Below are positions 13,390 through 24,020 of a DNA stretch of 56,299 nucleotides, in pieces. Made by a program: the position numbers and the translations under genes. The notes under the pieces are model-generated. The model was not told where the DNA came from. It did no database searches and saw only the letters and a program-made list of their open reading frames with translations. Positions within the stretch are counted from its first letter, which is position 1; each line of letters starts with the position of its first letter. Source of the DNA: Octopus bimaculoides (lineage: Eukaryota); contig NC_068981.1 of NCBI RefSeq assembly GCF_001194135.2, positions 42,805,344 to 42,861,642 of the forward strand, given 5' to 3'.

Positions 13390-13975
13390 TTGAAGCTCAG
13401 AAAACATCAGCTTTTTCTCTTCCTTCAATAAATATACTCTATCTTTTCTTGCAGTTAACCAAAACGCCATTTTGCTGCTAGCAGCGTACTTTTTTAACCT
13501 CTTTACTTGTACTTCTACACAAGTCCATGATGATTGTCAGCAAGCTCCTTGTTTTTTCTATCCATATTCTCAATGTCTTTCTGTGTTATTTGCTTATTCT
13601 GGCGCTGCAACTAATGATGAATGTAACCCCATAGTTTATGCCAGTAATGTTATTTATGCTATTGTTTCGATTTTACTATTCTCTTCATCCTTATTGACTT
13701 TATCTTTAATTGTTTTCTCCTTTATACTATCAGCTTTCAAAACACCCAGATATTTATGTCAATCATCTGTATCACTATCCTGTAACTTCTCACTCAGTAA
13801 ATTTTTCTCATCGTTTTTATGGCATTTCACTTTCTTCACAAGGAGGGTTCCACACTTGAAAATACCAAATGCCATTCTGGTGTCATTGCTAAAAACTCTC
13901 AGAATATTAACAAGAATCTCCAATTCTCTTTCCTTTTTGCCGTATAGCTCTATGTCATCCATAGGAAATTGTTAA
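13390..13975 (-). mobile_element. R4/Dong-like RT fragment, decayed
   Basis: MDDIELYGKKERELEILVNILRVFSND...FGIFKC (YMDDLKLYAK-type motif), followed by KYLGVLKADSIKEK. Confidence 0.85.
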
Positions 13976-16900
13976 CTGTCTCTAAGTTTTTTCCTAAGTT
14001 ATATCGAGATTCAATTGTTCTTCATTCTAAAGAATGGAATAAGATCAATTAAAAGTAATAAAGATGATAGGCTAACATTGAATATATCCTGATCTTTATG
14101 TTTTTCTCCAAGTGGATGTCTTTTGGTTGTTAGTTCCGTTTAGTTAGTTCCGTTTATCAATTTCCAGTGCTTTCACGTATCAGCTCAAATGTTATAGGCA
14201 ATTTTGAACATTTTCAGTGTTTTTATAATCCAAGCGGGAAATGGGTGGGGTGCCTTTTATATTGATTTTCTTTGTCTTTTAGAGTTTTTTGGAGTTGGAG
14301 TAAGCACAGGGGTCGAAGATACTACAGTCGCATGTGAAGAAACGGTTGAAGAGAAACGGTGTGTAGTTGAGTGATATTGTGAGTTCAAATCCCGTCGAAA
14401 CTTTTCAGTAACTGATACAATAAGATGTCAGTGAAGTTCGCCCACTCATTATGGCAACGTAAATTGAAATTTGCTTTGACCTGTTTACAAACATTGCTTC
14501 TGGCCTTTAAGGTTGTGGTATTATTTTTGTAAAACTCATGTGCTGCGTACCCGAGAAAGTAACGTACACTCTTTGATTAAGACTTCACACTTAACGACGA
14601 AAATTCCCATTAGATTAATACTGATGTGTGATAAGAATTAATTAAGGTCGTTAACAGTAAACAATACCAGAAGATTGCCAAAACTTCGATAGTTTCTACT
14701 TGAATGAAAATTTCTATTTACTTTGGGATGTAGTTAGATTAAAATCATGTCATTCCTAGTCTTCAGATAACACTCGATTTTCGTATTAGCAGTTGAATAT
14801 GAGAAGAGTTAAGTGTTAAAATTAATCCTTTGTAGCCTTTCATTTACTCTTACAATAGTCAATGTCAACACTTGAAGTAAGAAAGACTTCCAAGTGTTTC
14901 ATAAGATTGAATCATTCTGCAGGAGTCATTTGTCGTATGGTTCTACCAGTAGAGATAATGAATTATTTGCTCTTCGCTGCTTGGGGGTGATTAGTTAATG
15001 ACCCCATATATTAACAGCTAGCAAACCTTTTCAATATGTTTGTACGTGTATGTATGCATATATGTGTTTATATTAAATAAGACATAAAAACAAAATGATC
15101 AAAAGCAAAAAGTTGTTTTTTGTGTCTACCAACGATTTTCTTTCCAAGGGGAGGGGTTCGTAAATTGAGAAGATATTTGGAAATCATTCCTAAATTTTAA
15201 TTTTCATCTTAAATTGTTCAAATAGACGACTAAAATTTAGAACTAAATGGTTGACAGTAATGTCTTTTTGACTGTTTGTTTTTCATGTGTGTTAGCTACC
15301 TCTGTCAATTTTGCCGACCTTCTTTTTATGTCCAGTGGGATAAGTATTGGATCAATTTAGTTAGCAACTTGCTTACCCTTTATGTTTCGAAACTCATGCA
15401 TCTATGTTGAAGTAGTGCATCAACAATTGAATCAACTACGAAGGCATACACTCAAACTCAAAATACTCAATCAAAAAACAAAATCTTACTGAAACTTTCT
15501 AACCTTTCACTCTCATATCTGAGACCCCTATATTACACTAATGCCATAATTCCGTTAACGATTCCCTTCCATTGTGCGAATTTAAAAGTAATTAATATTG
15601 GTTTGTTACATTATTAGATACATGTTTCCATAAGTGGGGAGAACATTTGATTGAATTGATTTTATAAAATATAGGTATTTATTGTAACATTCATAGCAAA
15701 GCATAAAATATAATTCGATGACCTCTTGACAGACACATTTTTCCACTTACATAAACATTTCTTTTCTAATATTCTCTCTAATATTTCTAATATTCTTTTG
15801 CCACTTGTTGATAGAAAATGTAACTAAACTAACTACATTAGTAGTTTTGAAATGATTGACTTGCTGAAAACATATTCGTCAGATATTAATAAGCTGATGC
15901 CTATGCATTTGAATTGACAAGACTTTTCTCAAATGACTTCAATAGTGGCAGTTCAATTTTTAAACCAAGTAAATTTATAAAAAATTAGAGCTTGTTTATG
16001 TTGGTAGTTAGTCCTGTAATATGTCAGGTTGCAGAGATATTGCAGAAAAATTGATTTTCATGTAGTATATCTTGAACGAATCAGCCAAGTGTTGTCCGAA
16101 CACTTGATCTGGAAAAGTCAGCAAGCAAATAGTAAGAAATGTTCAATGCATATATCTGTGAACGATACAGTAGGGAATTACTTGTATACAGCTGAATAAC
16201 ATAGACCATCAAATATTAGCATGTTGGCAGTAGGAACATGTTAGTACTAAAGTCATCAGCCATCTGTAGAAATCTTATTAAACAAATAAACCATTATTAT
16301 GCAATTATTAAATAATTATTAATTATTTATTGAATTACTAGTATTAAGAAGTCTTATTAAACAAATAATGCAAATTAGGTCAAATAAATAATAATCATAA
16401 ACCCCAGGAACTTCACTTAATGAAAGTTTTCTAGCTATTAAGTCAAAGGGTGGGCTAACAGAGTAATGGAAATCCAATCGAAAAACATGTAGTTCTTGTT
16501 CAGTTACTGCCACAACTTCATCATTGCCAGATTTGGTGCACCCGATTGTAACTCCATATTGCAGCATATTGCACCGCTTTAAGTCGCTGCAAAGCATGCA
16601 AAATTGCCGATTATTTCGCTAGTCTTCAATATTGAGTTTAGTTCTTCCCGTGAGACAAATAGGCCTTTGACAAGAGTATTGCCAGTGTTTTGCGATGGAG
16701 AAATGTAGCCCCATTAATTCCCTGCTTTTCTAAGATTGTAAGACTTATTAATTAATATTATAATGTTTTTGAATAAACTGATTTCTATTTTTGTGTGTAT
16801 AAACGAGGACTCCCGCAAAGATACAATTAACTTGTGAAGAATGGTAGTTAAAAAAAATTTAAGATATATATTCAATGTTTCTTTATAAGGACTGTTATAT

Positions 16901-17144
16901 GTTCATGATGTTACATTATTCAAGTGCTAAGTCTGAGAGGACATGTTAAATACAACCTATTAAATACGAATTCTGAATTTATTCTCTTTCCTCCAAAACA
17001 GATCACCAAATAACTTCAAGAGAATATAACTTAGAAACACATTAGACAGAAAAAATCCAATACTGAATGATAAAACAAAAGCTATATAAAACATTATTGA
17101 AATAAAAACATTGCAATACAGACGCAGTAATAGAAACAACAACA

Positions 17145-17300
17145 AACATATGCATACATACATTCATACATAAATACATACATACATACGTACATACATA
17201 CATACGTACATACGTACATACAAACATACGTACATACGTACATACATACATACATACGTACATACATACATACGTACATACATACATACGTACATACATA
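17145..17300. repeat. (TACA)/(TACG) mixed tetranucleotide array
   Basis: Read directly. Confidence 0.95.
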
Positions 17301-17803
17301 CACTGTCGTTCAGAAATAATTGCAAATATGCATTAAAACAAAACAAAACCAAAGAAAACACACTTCTGCGAAAATTGTAAACAGAAACCATAATAATTGA
17401 TATGGATTTAGTGATAACACATCACTTATAAAAAGTTGTTTATGAGATTTATTATTTTCTGATATTGAATTCAAAATAGATTCCAAATTGACTTCAGGAA
17501 GCCATGATAGTATATGAATTTATTTTTCTAGAATAGAGACTACCAAAGCAAAATGGAATGCAAATTGATTACAAAATTCAGGTAAAACAGTTTTGAGTAA
17601 TCAAATGGAAAAATAAGAGACAAAATACAAAATAAAACAGATGTTTAACTCAAGAAAAATGGTGTTGAATTATTTCGAAAATTGTCTGAAATATTTAAAG
17701 CATGGATTCATTCCTGAAGTAGATTTTCACATGGTTTATATAACTGGTGATATTTAAAAATGTGCATTTTGTTCTAAGACATGAACGTGGAAAACGTGTA
17801 TAT

Positions 17804-17804
<1 letters not shown>

Positions 17805-17843
<39 letters not shown>

Positions 17844-17872
17844 GTCGTCGTCGTCGTCGTCGTCGTCGTCAT
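17805..17872. repeat. (CAT)n(CGT)n trinucleotide array
   Basis: Read directly; abuts the 3' end of the element at 17880-18640. Confidence 0.95.
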
Positions 17873-17879
17873 CAATATC

Positions 17880-18637
17880 CTCATCATCGTTATCATAGCT
17901 GTTTCATTTCTCAGAGCGGTCTTCTTTGCTCTGGTAGCTTATGTGAGAACTGATAGCAGATTGCTGTCAGAGTTCTCACAACGTATCTTTCCGCACATAA
18001 AAAGCTTTGATACTTAGTTGTTAATTATCGTGGAAGTCATTCAACAGCCAAGGACCAATCTGAAAATCCTAGCTGTCCCCAGCAGAGCAGTTTTGGGGTC
18101 TTGCTCTGCTCTCATGTCAATTCCGATTTCTCTGACATACTTCTCGAACCTGCTTGTTAGTACTCCGAGTCTAGACGTCATGCATCCTCTATCTATATCC
18201 CCTTATGGGTCTCCCTTCATTACTAGTGCGTCTACTCAAAAAACAACATTGCTGTATTCATTGTTTTAGTACATTTTGTTCTATCACCTGCTGGTCGAAA
18301 GGCCCTCACCTGTAGCTACGTCCTCCTTAACGCCGTTGTTTGTGCTAACTCAATTAATCATTACTCTCATGCAGAGGAATGTGTTGATAAGGTGTCACAA
18401 TCACCAGTATTTTTATCGAGACACAATCACTAGAGAGGTTTGTCTAAAAAGACTTAAAGGAGACCTTCTACTTTAGATGTTAAAGTGAGCTATCCTGCGC
18501 TGGGCACCAACCTAGTATTCAATGCTCCGCTGTTAGTGGAAGAGTTGTTATTTGGATGGCCGTTGACTTCAGAGTGCATCCGCCCTTTGACAGTTCTGTA
18601 TTTCACCCTACAGGATGACCAAGCAGCTAAAAGCACC

Positions 18638-18640
<3 letters not shown>
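17880..18640 (-). mobile_element. Internally deleted R4/Dong-like element (5' region + ORF N-terminus fused to ORF C-terminus + 3' UTR)
   Basis: Minus strand: remnant KCTKTMNTAM.../SRRTSNEGRPIRGYR*RMHDV* (N-terminal RRKWT...GYRQRMH-type motif) joins at ~18170 to LGVLTSRFEKYVREIGIDMRAEQDPKTALLGTARIFRLVLGC* (stop at 18041-18043); trinucleotide arrays flank both sides. Confidence 0.75.
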
Positions 18641-18680
<40 letters not shown>

Positions 18681-18690
18681 GTAGTAGTAA

Positions 18691-18740
<50 letters not shown>
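18641..18740. repeat. (ATT)n(AGT)n array
   Basis: Read directly; lies between two R4/Dong-like elements. Confidence 0.98.
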
Positions 18741-19395
18741 TTGTCTTTCCACGGCTTTTAACGCTGGTGATGTTCTATGGTGCCAGCTGTTCACTATCAG
18801 TGAACTAAGGTAGCACCCTTATTTTTCGAGCACCACCCGGAGTATTCGAGCGGTTTCAAGCAGTGCTGTTTTCTGTAAGTGCTCCATCCTTATTGCAGCC
18901 CCTGTTTGTTCCTTGTACTTCTCAAGATTTTTACTCACTGTTCCCAGTGCTCCGACAATTATTGGTACTACTGCTACCTTTTTCATTGACTACAACTGCT
19001 TAACTTCCCAAGCTAACTTGTCATATCTATCGACTTTTCTTTCTTCCTTGTCGCATACTTTTTTGTCAGCTGGGCATGCTATATCTATGCTCCATCATCG
19101 TTTACTCTCTTTCTCAATTAACACTATGTCTGGTTTTCTATTCTATATCTCATGGTCACACTGAATCATAAAATCCCATAGGATCTTTGCATTATCATTT
19201 TCGATGATGCCTTCGTATGATTGTTTTTGCTCTGTCAAGTCCATAGTTGTTGCAAAGTGTCCAATGGACAATCTTTACTATGTGACGTACATTGACTGGT
19301 AGTATGCCACACAGTTTCACCAATTTGTCCACAGATTCTGCACTTATCACTTTCTGGTTTGTTTATTCTGTATTTGATGTAATACGTTCTTAGTG
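18741..19395 (-). mobile_element. R4/Dong-like 3' end (CCHC knuckle + RLE endonuclease + 3' UTR)
   Basis: DKCRICGQIGETVWH..C, KILWDFMIQCDHEI*NRKPDIVLIEKE...IDIACP, VPIIVGALGTVSKNL...LQKTALLETARILRVVL. Confidence 0.9.
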
Positions 19396-19399
19396 CTTG

Positions 19400-19630
19400 T
19401 TTGTGTGTTTATGAGCGAAACACCTAAGTTCCACATGATTCCGGCAGAAGGTAATGGCGAACTTCTGCTGACTCTTTCGCCAGAACTTTCTCTCACTCTT
19501 TCCTCCTGTGTCTAGTAGCTCACTTGCGACGGACCGGCGTCCCGTCCTGGTGGGGAACCTATACGCCAATGAAACCGGGAAACCGGCCCTTATGAGCCAA
19601 GCATGGATCGAAAACAACGAACAGACAACA
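19400..19630 (+). mobile_element. SINE, 5'-truncated, with a V-domain-like 3' module
   Basis: Body aligns by eye to 9215-9325, then continues TTGCGACGGACCGGCGTCCCGTCC... and ends in an AAC-rich tail. The V-domain resemblance is from memory. Confidence 0.7.
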
Positions 19631-19639
19631 GCTTTTAGT

Positions 19640-20340
19640 CATCTGTAAAGTTACAACAAGGACCTCAGACAGATAATACTTTCCTTAAGATGCACGCTGT
19701 GCCTAATAAGGCTGCTTTTTGCAAGGCATCAATCTAGCATGGAATTTCCAGTTGCCTTAAGAAGTTTTGAAGTTTCAATGGGATTGAGCCCAATGCTCCG
19801 ATCACCACTGGTATCACTTTTACATTACCCTCTCACATTCCATACAGTCTTGCCATTTCCACTTTCAATTCGGAGTACTTGTTAAATTTTTCAACCTCTT
19901 TACACACAACATTCATGTCATTTACTATGGCTACATCAATTAAATGACAATATCTGTCTCTCTTATTCAATATGACAATATCCGGCCAACGGTGTTCGAT
20001 TACATGATCCGTCTGAAAATCATAGTCCCAGAGTATCATTACTTTTCTATCCTTCTGCATAACTTTACTTGCTCATGCTCATACCAGTTCACTGTTACTT
20101 GATATTGGTATTTACGGCATAAGAGCCAATGAAGATACACACACACACTTTATCGTGGCGGCACTTGTATTCTTTTTGTGCAAGGCTCTCACATCCACTT
20201 ACCAAGTGGGTCACATTTTCCACACTCTTTCCATAGAGTCTGCATTTCTGGGTGTCAGAGGTTTTATAGATGTTATACTTCACTGAATTGGTAGCAAGAG
20301 CCTGGTCTTGTGCAGCAATGATCAGGCTTTCGGTGGTAAT
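19640..20340 (-). mobile_element. R4/Dong-like 3' end, second family (CCHC + RLE)
   Basis: ORFs 20095..20283 (KCRLYGKSVENVTHLVSGCESLAQKEYKCRHDKV) and 19833..20060 (ILWDYDFQTDHVIEHRWPDIVILNK...LIDVAI...EKFNKYSELK). Confidence 0.9.
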
Positions 20341-20364
20341 ACTAGGAGTTCTGATGAATTTTTA

Positions 20365-21055
20365 CTTTTTTGCTCTGTCAAGTCCATAGTTGTTGCAAAG
20401 TGTCCAATGAACAATTCTTGCTATATTGACATGACGTCTCTTATATTCTTTCTGGGCTAGTGGCGTACATTGTCTGGTAATATGCCATATGGTTACGGGC
20501 TGAAGCTGTTGTTTCACATCTTCTAATAATATTTGTTCTGTTGTATTCGTCGTATCTCATAGAGTTATGTTATTTTATTGAGTTTTTAGTCTTCGGGGTA
20601 TATGTTTTGTGTATTCTGTTGTTCCATTTTATAGGGTGTGAGTTTTATGTGCAGACTCTTCCATCTGTGTTGCGAAATTAAATCGAATATGTCTTTTTCA
20701 GGTTGTGGGTTGTCCCTAGTAGGACTAGTTTTTGGATAGTGTTAAGTGCTTTAAGTCCTGGTATGACTTCTATGCTTTTGTTCATATTTCTACTCATATT
20801 TAAGGCTTCATTTATTACTTGTACCGTTTACACTTGCATATCTCACATCTGAATCATAATCATTTCGATTTCAAGATCTTTGTTTTTGAAATTTTGTCCT
20901 AATTCTTTTTGGGTAATATTTTAATCAGAAGGTATTGTAATGTCTATCATTGTACATGTGCAGTTTGATTGGCATAGCCCAGGTGTTTATGGCCAGGTCG
21001 TTGTCATGTACCATGTTTGATACGTATTTACACTTCTTCTTGGAGAGTCACTGAA
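20365..21055 (-). mobile_element. R4/Dong-like fragments (paralogue of 19225-19320 joined to a third-family 3' end)
   Basis: 20368-20495 is near-identical in parts to 19225-19320; 20500-21055 encodes NTIQKLVLLGTTHNLKK (QK.VLLGTAHILRK-type C-terminus). Confidence 0.7.
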
Positions 21056-21064
21056 GATGTGCGT

Positions 21065-21160
21065 GGAACAAAATCCTGCGCTTGGTTAAAACAAGGGCAA
21101 TTGAAAAACGAAATGGAGAATCTAATTGTTGCAGCTCAGGATCAAGCGATCCTGAACAAA
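21065..21160 (+). mobile_element. R4/Dong-like short fragment
   Basis: WLKQGQLKNEMENLIVAAQDQAI matches the WL..G.L..ETEG.I.AAQDQAL motif. Confidence 0.75.
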
Positions 21161-21618
21161 TGTCAGCTTTAGTCAACTGAGCACTCAACACCGGATCATA
21201 TCATGTTATAAAAGTGACATTGAGCTAGCCGTAAATGTTCGTGTCAAAGCCACTATGTATTGCGGTTGAAACCTACGCATCAATTCGACATGTTGCTTTA
21301 CTTAGCCATCAGTCTTTAAGTTAGACAGACTCTTTCATAAATTCTATTCAGGTTGATTGAGCTATTACTATCTTTCAGGTTCAATGAATGCTGTTCCCTA
21401 TTTCATGTTTTCGCATCGAAGCATCGGGGTATTGCTGAGTGGATATAGCTGTCCAATCGAAAACTTGTGTGTATATAATCAGATTTGGTAAGGACTGGGA
21501 AGCCAGTGATGTTGTGGTTAACCTCTCATTGTGTTAGTTGCATTACGTGTTAGGACTAGTTTTCATTATTTTGTCATTATAATTGTTTCTGCTCATGCAT
21601 TGACCTTGCGCTCAAAGA

Positions 21619-21660
21619 ATCCTCCTCCTCTGCTCCTCTCCTCCTCCGCCTCTCCTCCCC

Positions 21661-21699
<39 letters not shown>

Positions 21700-21795
21700 C
21701 CATCAGCAGCAGCAGCAGTAGAAAGCAATGGTAGTAGTAGTAGTAATAGTAGTAGTAGTAGTAGTAGAAGTGGTGGTGGTGGTGGTAGTAGTAAT
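21619..21795. repeat. Compound trinucleotide array (CCT)(CAT)(CAG)(TAG)(GGT)
   Basis: Read directly. Confidence 0.95.
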
Positions 21796-22324
21796 CAATC
21801 AGTAACAAACCACATGTAAGAAGGAAAAGAAAGAGCCCTATAATTTATATTGAAAGAGCCCTATAATTTATTTTGGAAAATACACGAGCAAACCGTTTCC
21901 TATAAATCATAAAAGACGACAACTTTGCTGGGCAGCGGTCACTTAAGGCAACGAATTGTCAACTGTAATCGATGTTGAAAAGCTCGGGAACACATAAAGC
22001 CAAGAGGTGTCAAGAGCTGAAGATTTGCTCGAGGGTGCAACCACTGAATACGTGAAAGCAGCACGAAAATAAGAAAAACAGAGATAATGAAATAGTAGGA
22101 AGAAATGTAGAAATATCTAAAAATAAACACCTCCCACTTTGACTCAATAAGTCCGTGGTATGATCAAACTAAAGTAACCTTCCTGCATCTAATTTGTAAG
22201 CTAGAGAAATTCTATTAAAGTGGTGCAGAAGACGGTTTGAATAACGTTCGGGATATGATTGAAACAGAAAGGCAAAATCGTAATGAGCCTATAGTATATA
22301 GGTATGTACGGCAAACAAAGAACA

Positions 22325-22600
22325 GTAGCTGTGTGATAAGAAGCTAGCTTCCCTACCACATGGTTCGGAGTTCAGTCCCACTTCGTGGCACATTAAGCAA
22401 GTGTCTTCTACTATAGCCTTGCACAGACCAAAGCCTTGTGAGTGGATTTGGCGGAGAGAAACAGAAAGAAGCCCGTCGTATGTGCGCGCGCGCGTCTTTG
22501 TGTGTGTGTTCGTCGCCCACCGCCGCTTGACAACGTGTTGATGTGTTTACGTTCCCGTATCTTAATGGTTCGGTAAAAAGAGCGGCGTACAAACATTAAA
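22325..22600 (+). mobile_element. tRNA-derived SINE with internal microsatellite
   Basis: B-box-like GGAGTTCAGTCCC; GCAAGTGTCTTCTACTATAGCC; AAGAAGCCCGTCGTA then (GC)/(TG) repeat; same family as 26865-27212. Confidence 0.85.
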
Positions 22601-22754
22601 TCCATCATGGATTAGGTTAGTCCTCCCGAGACATCCAGTCTGTTCACATTATTAAACAACAGCCAAGAATATAAAGTAACGCACTTCATACTACTACAGG
22701 CTGCACACAGAGCACACATAAAGATCAAACACACAAGATGCCAGCGAGGGAGCT

Positions 22755-22835
22755 TCTAATCGACTTAATCCGTTTTTCTGTCCTTGTTTGTCCCCCTCAG
22801 TGTGTAGCCCCTTGTGGGCAGTAAAGAAATAAGAA
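22755..22835 (+). mobile_element. SINE 3' fragment
   Basis: TAATCGACTTAATCCG...CCCCTTGTGGGCAGTAAAGAAATAAG; shares the TAATCGACT junction motif with the 31653 family. Confidence 0.6.
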
Positions 22836-23744
22836 ATAGTAGTAAAGACAATTTCAAATGACAACTTGCACTCTAAAAAGATACATTGGGTAGTGTTGTT
22901 AAAAGTACACGTTATTTGAAAAAGTTCGAGAGGAATATTTTAATCATCGGTCCGCTTGATAAGAGTAGGCTGAGGGTTAAACAACAACAACAACGACGAT
23001 CACGACGATGACACGACGACCACAATAACAACCAAATACAAAATACAAGAATTCTTAAAATGTATAGCAACAACTTAGACATGCAGGGTGCAGAGTTTGC
23101 AGCCGCAGCTAATTCTGACCTCCACAAAGCCTTGCAAGCACATAATTCATAATTCACTCTCACAATCACAGAACAAAAATACTCAATCTTCCTCACAGTC
23201 ATGATTAATATCAAGAAATGCATATACAACAAACACAGCATCAAATTTAATAGCGTTCTTGAAGCACTGTGTTGAGGTGCATACTATCAGTAGCAAATAC
23301 TGAAGAACAGGAACACCAACTGTCATGTTTCAGCAGACTTGTCTGTCTCCACTATGGTCCACGTGAAGCTATAAGTACACAGAAGCACTCTGAGAAGTGG
23401 ATAAATTGCCAATACTGAATACAGCACTGCAGCTATAAACTATTGTATGTAAGAAGTAGGGTGAGTCGTGGTATATTTGGAAGAATGGACGGGTAAGCTG
23501 CAAAAATATAGCGGTTGAGAAACGATGTAATTTCAGAATTTTGCTGCAGGCATAACATAACCGTTTGACACAAAGGTTACTGAAATATGGAAAGCAGCGG
23601 AAACCTCAAGGGAATAAAAGTATTAAATATCTAAGCTCTCTCCTGAGAGCGGAAATGATATTGAGATCCATAACCCTAACTACTAAGCAATGCGTCACCA
23701 CGAACTTTGCAATTTCATATGATAACAGAGTGTAAACTAAAGAA

Positions 23745-24020
23745 ATCTAAAGAAATTGAAAAAAGTTGAGAAATACCAGAGAAATGAAGAGATTGCAAAC
23801 GACAAAGGAGACGACTGTTTCTGTGGTAGTTGGAATACTTGACACAGCATCCAAACTATTACCTAAATGGCTAAAGGATATTGGATCTGCAACACGCCTT
23901 GTTGACTTGCAGAAAAGTATCATTTTGTATTCTGCAAGAATTCTGAGAAAGATTGCTGAGATTTGAGGAATCTTGTTTTCACCACACTTCGCAGGAAGCT
24001 ACCGTTCCTCTGCACTTACT
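23745..24020 (+). mobile_element. R4/Dong-like C-terminus and 3' UTR
   Basis: ORF 23766..23966: VVVGILDTASKLLPKWLKDIG...LQKSIILYSARILRKIAEI*. Confidence 0.8.

Noticed and set aside
14300-14420. B-box-like GAGTTCAAATCCC
   Set aside because: Probably a very old SINE head, but too degraded to delimit.
16319-16620. 92-aa ORF with GC-richer core as an exon
   Set aside because: No recognisable protein or convincing splice pair; faint similarity to a CR1-like RT is too weak to call.
21826-21871. 23-bp tandem duplication (also a 14-bp one at 52707-52734 and a 17-bp repeat at ~16276/16353)
   Set aside because: Two-copy local duplications; not CRISPR-like (no spacers or array) and common in such genomes.
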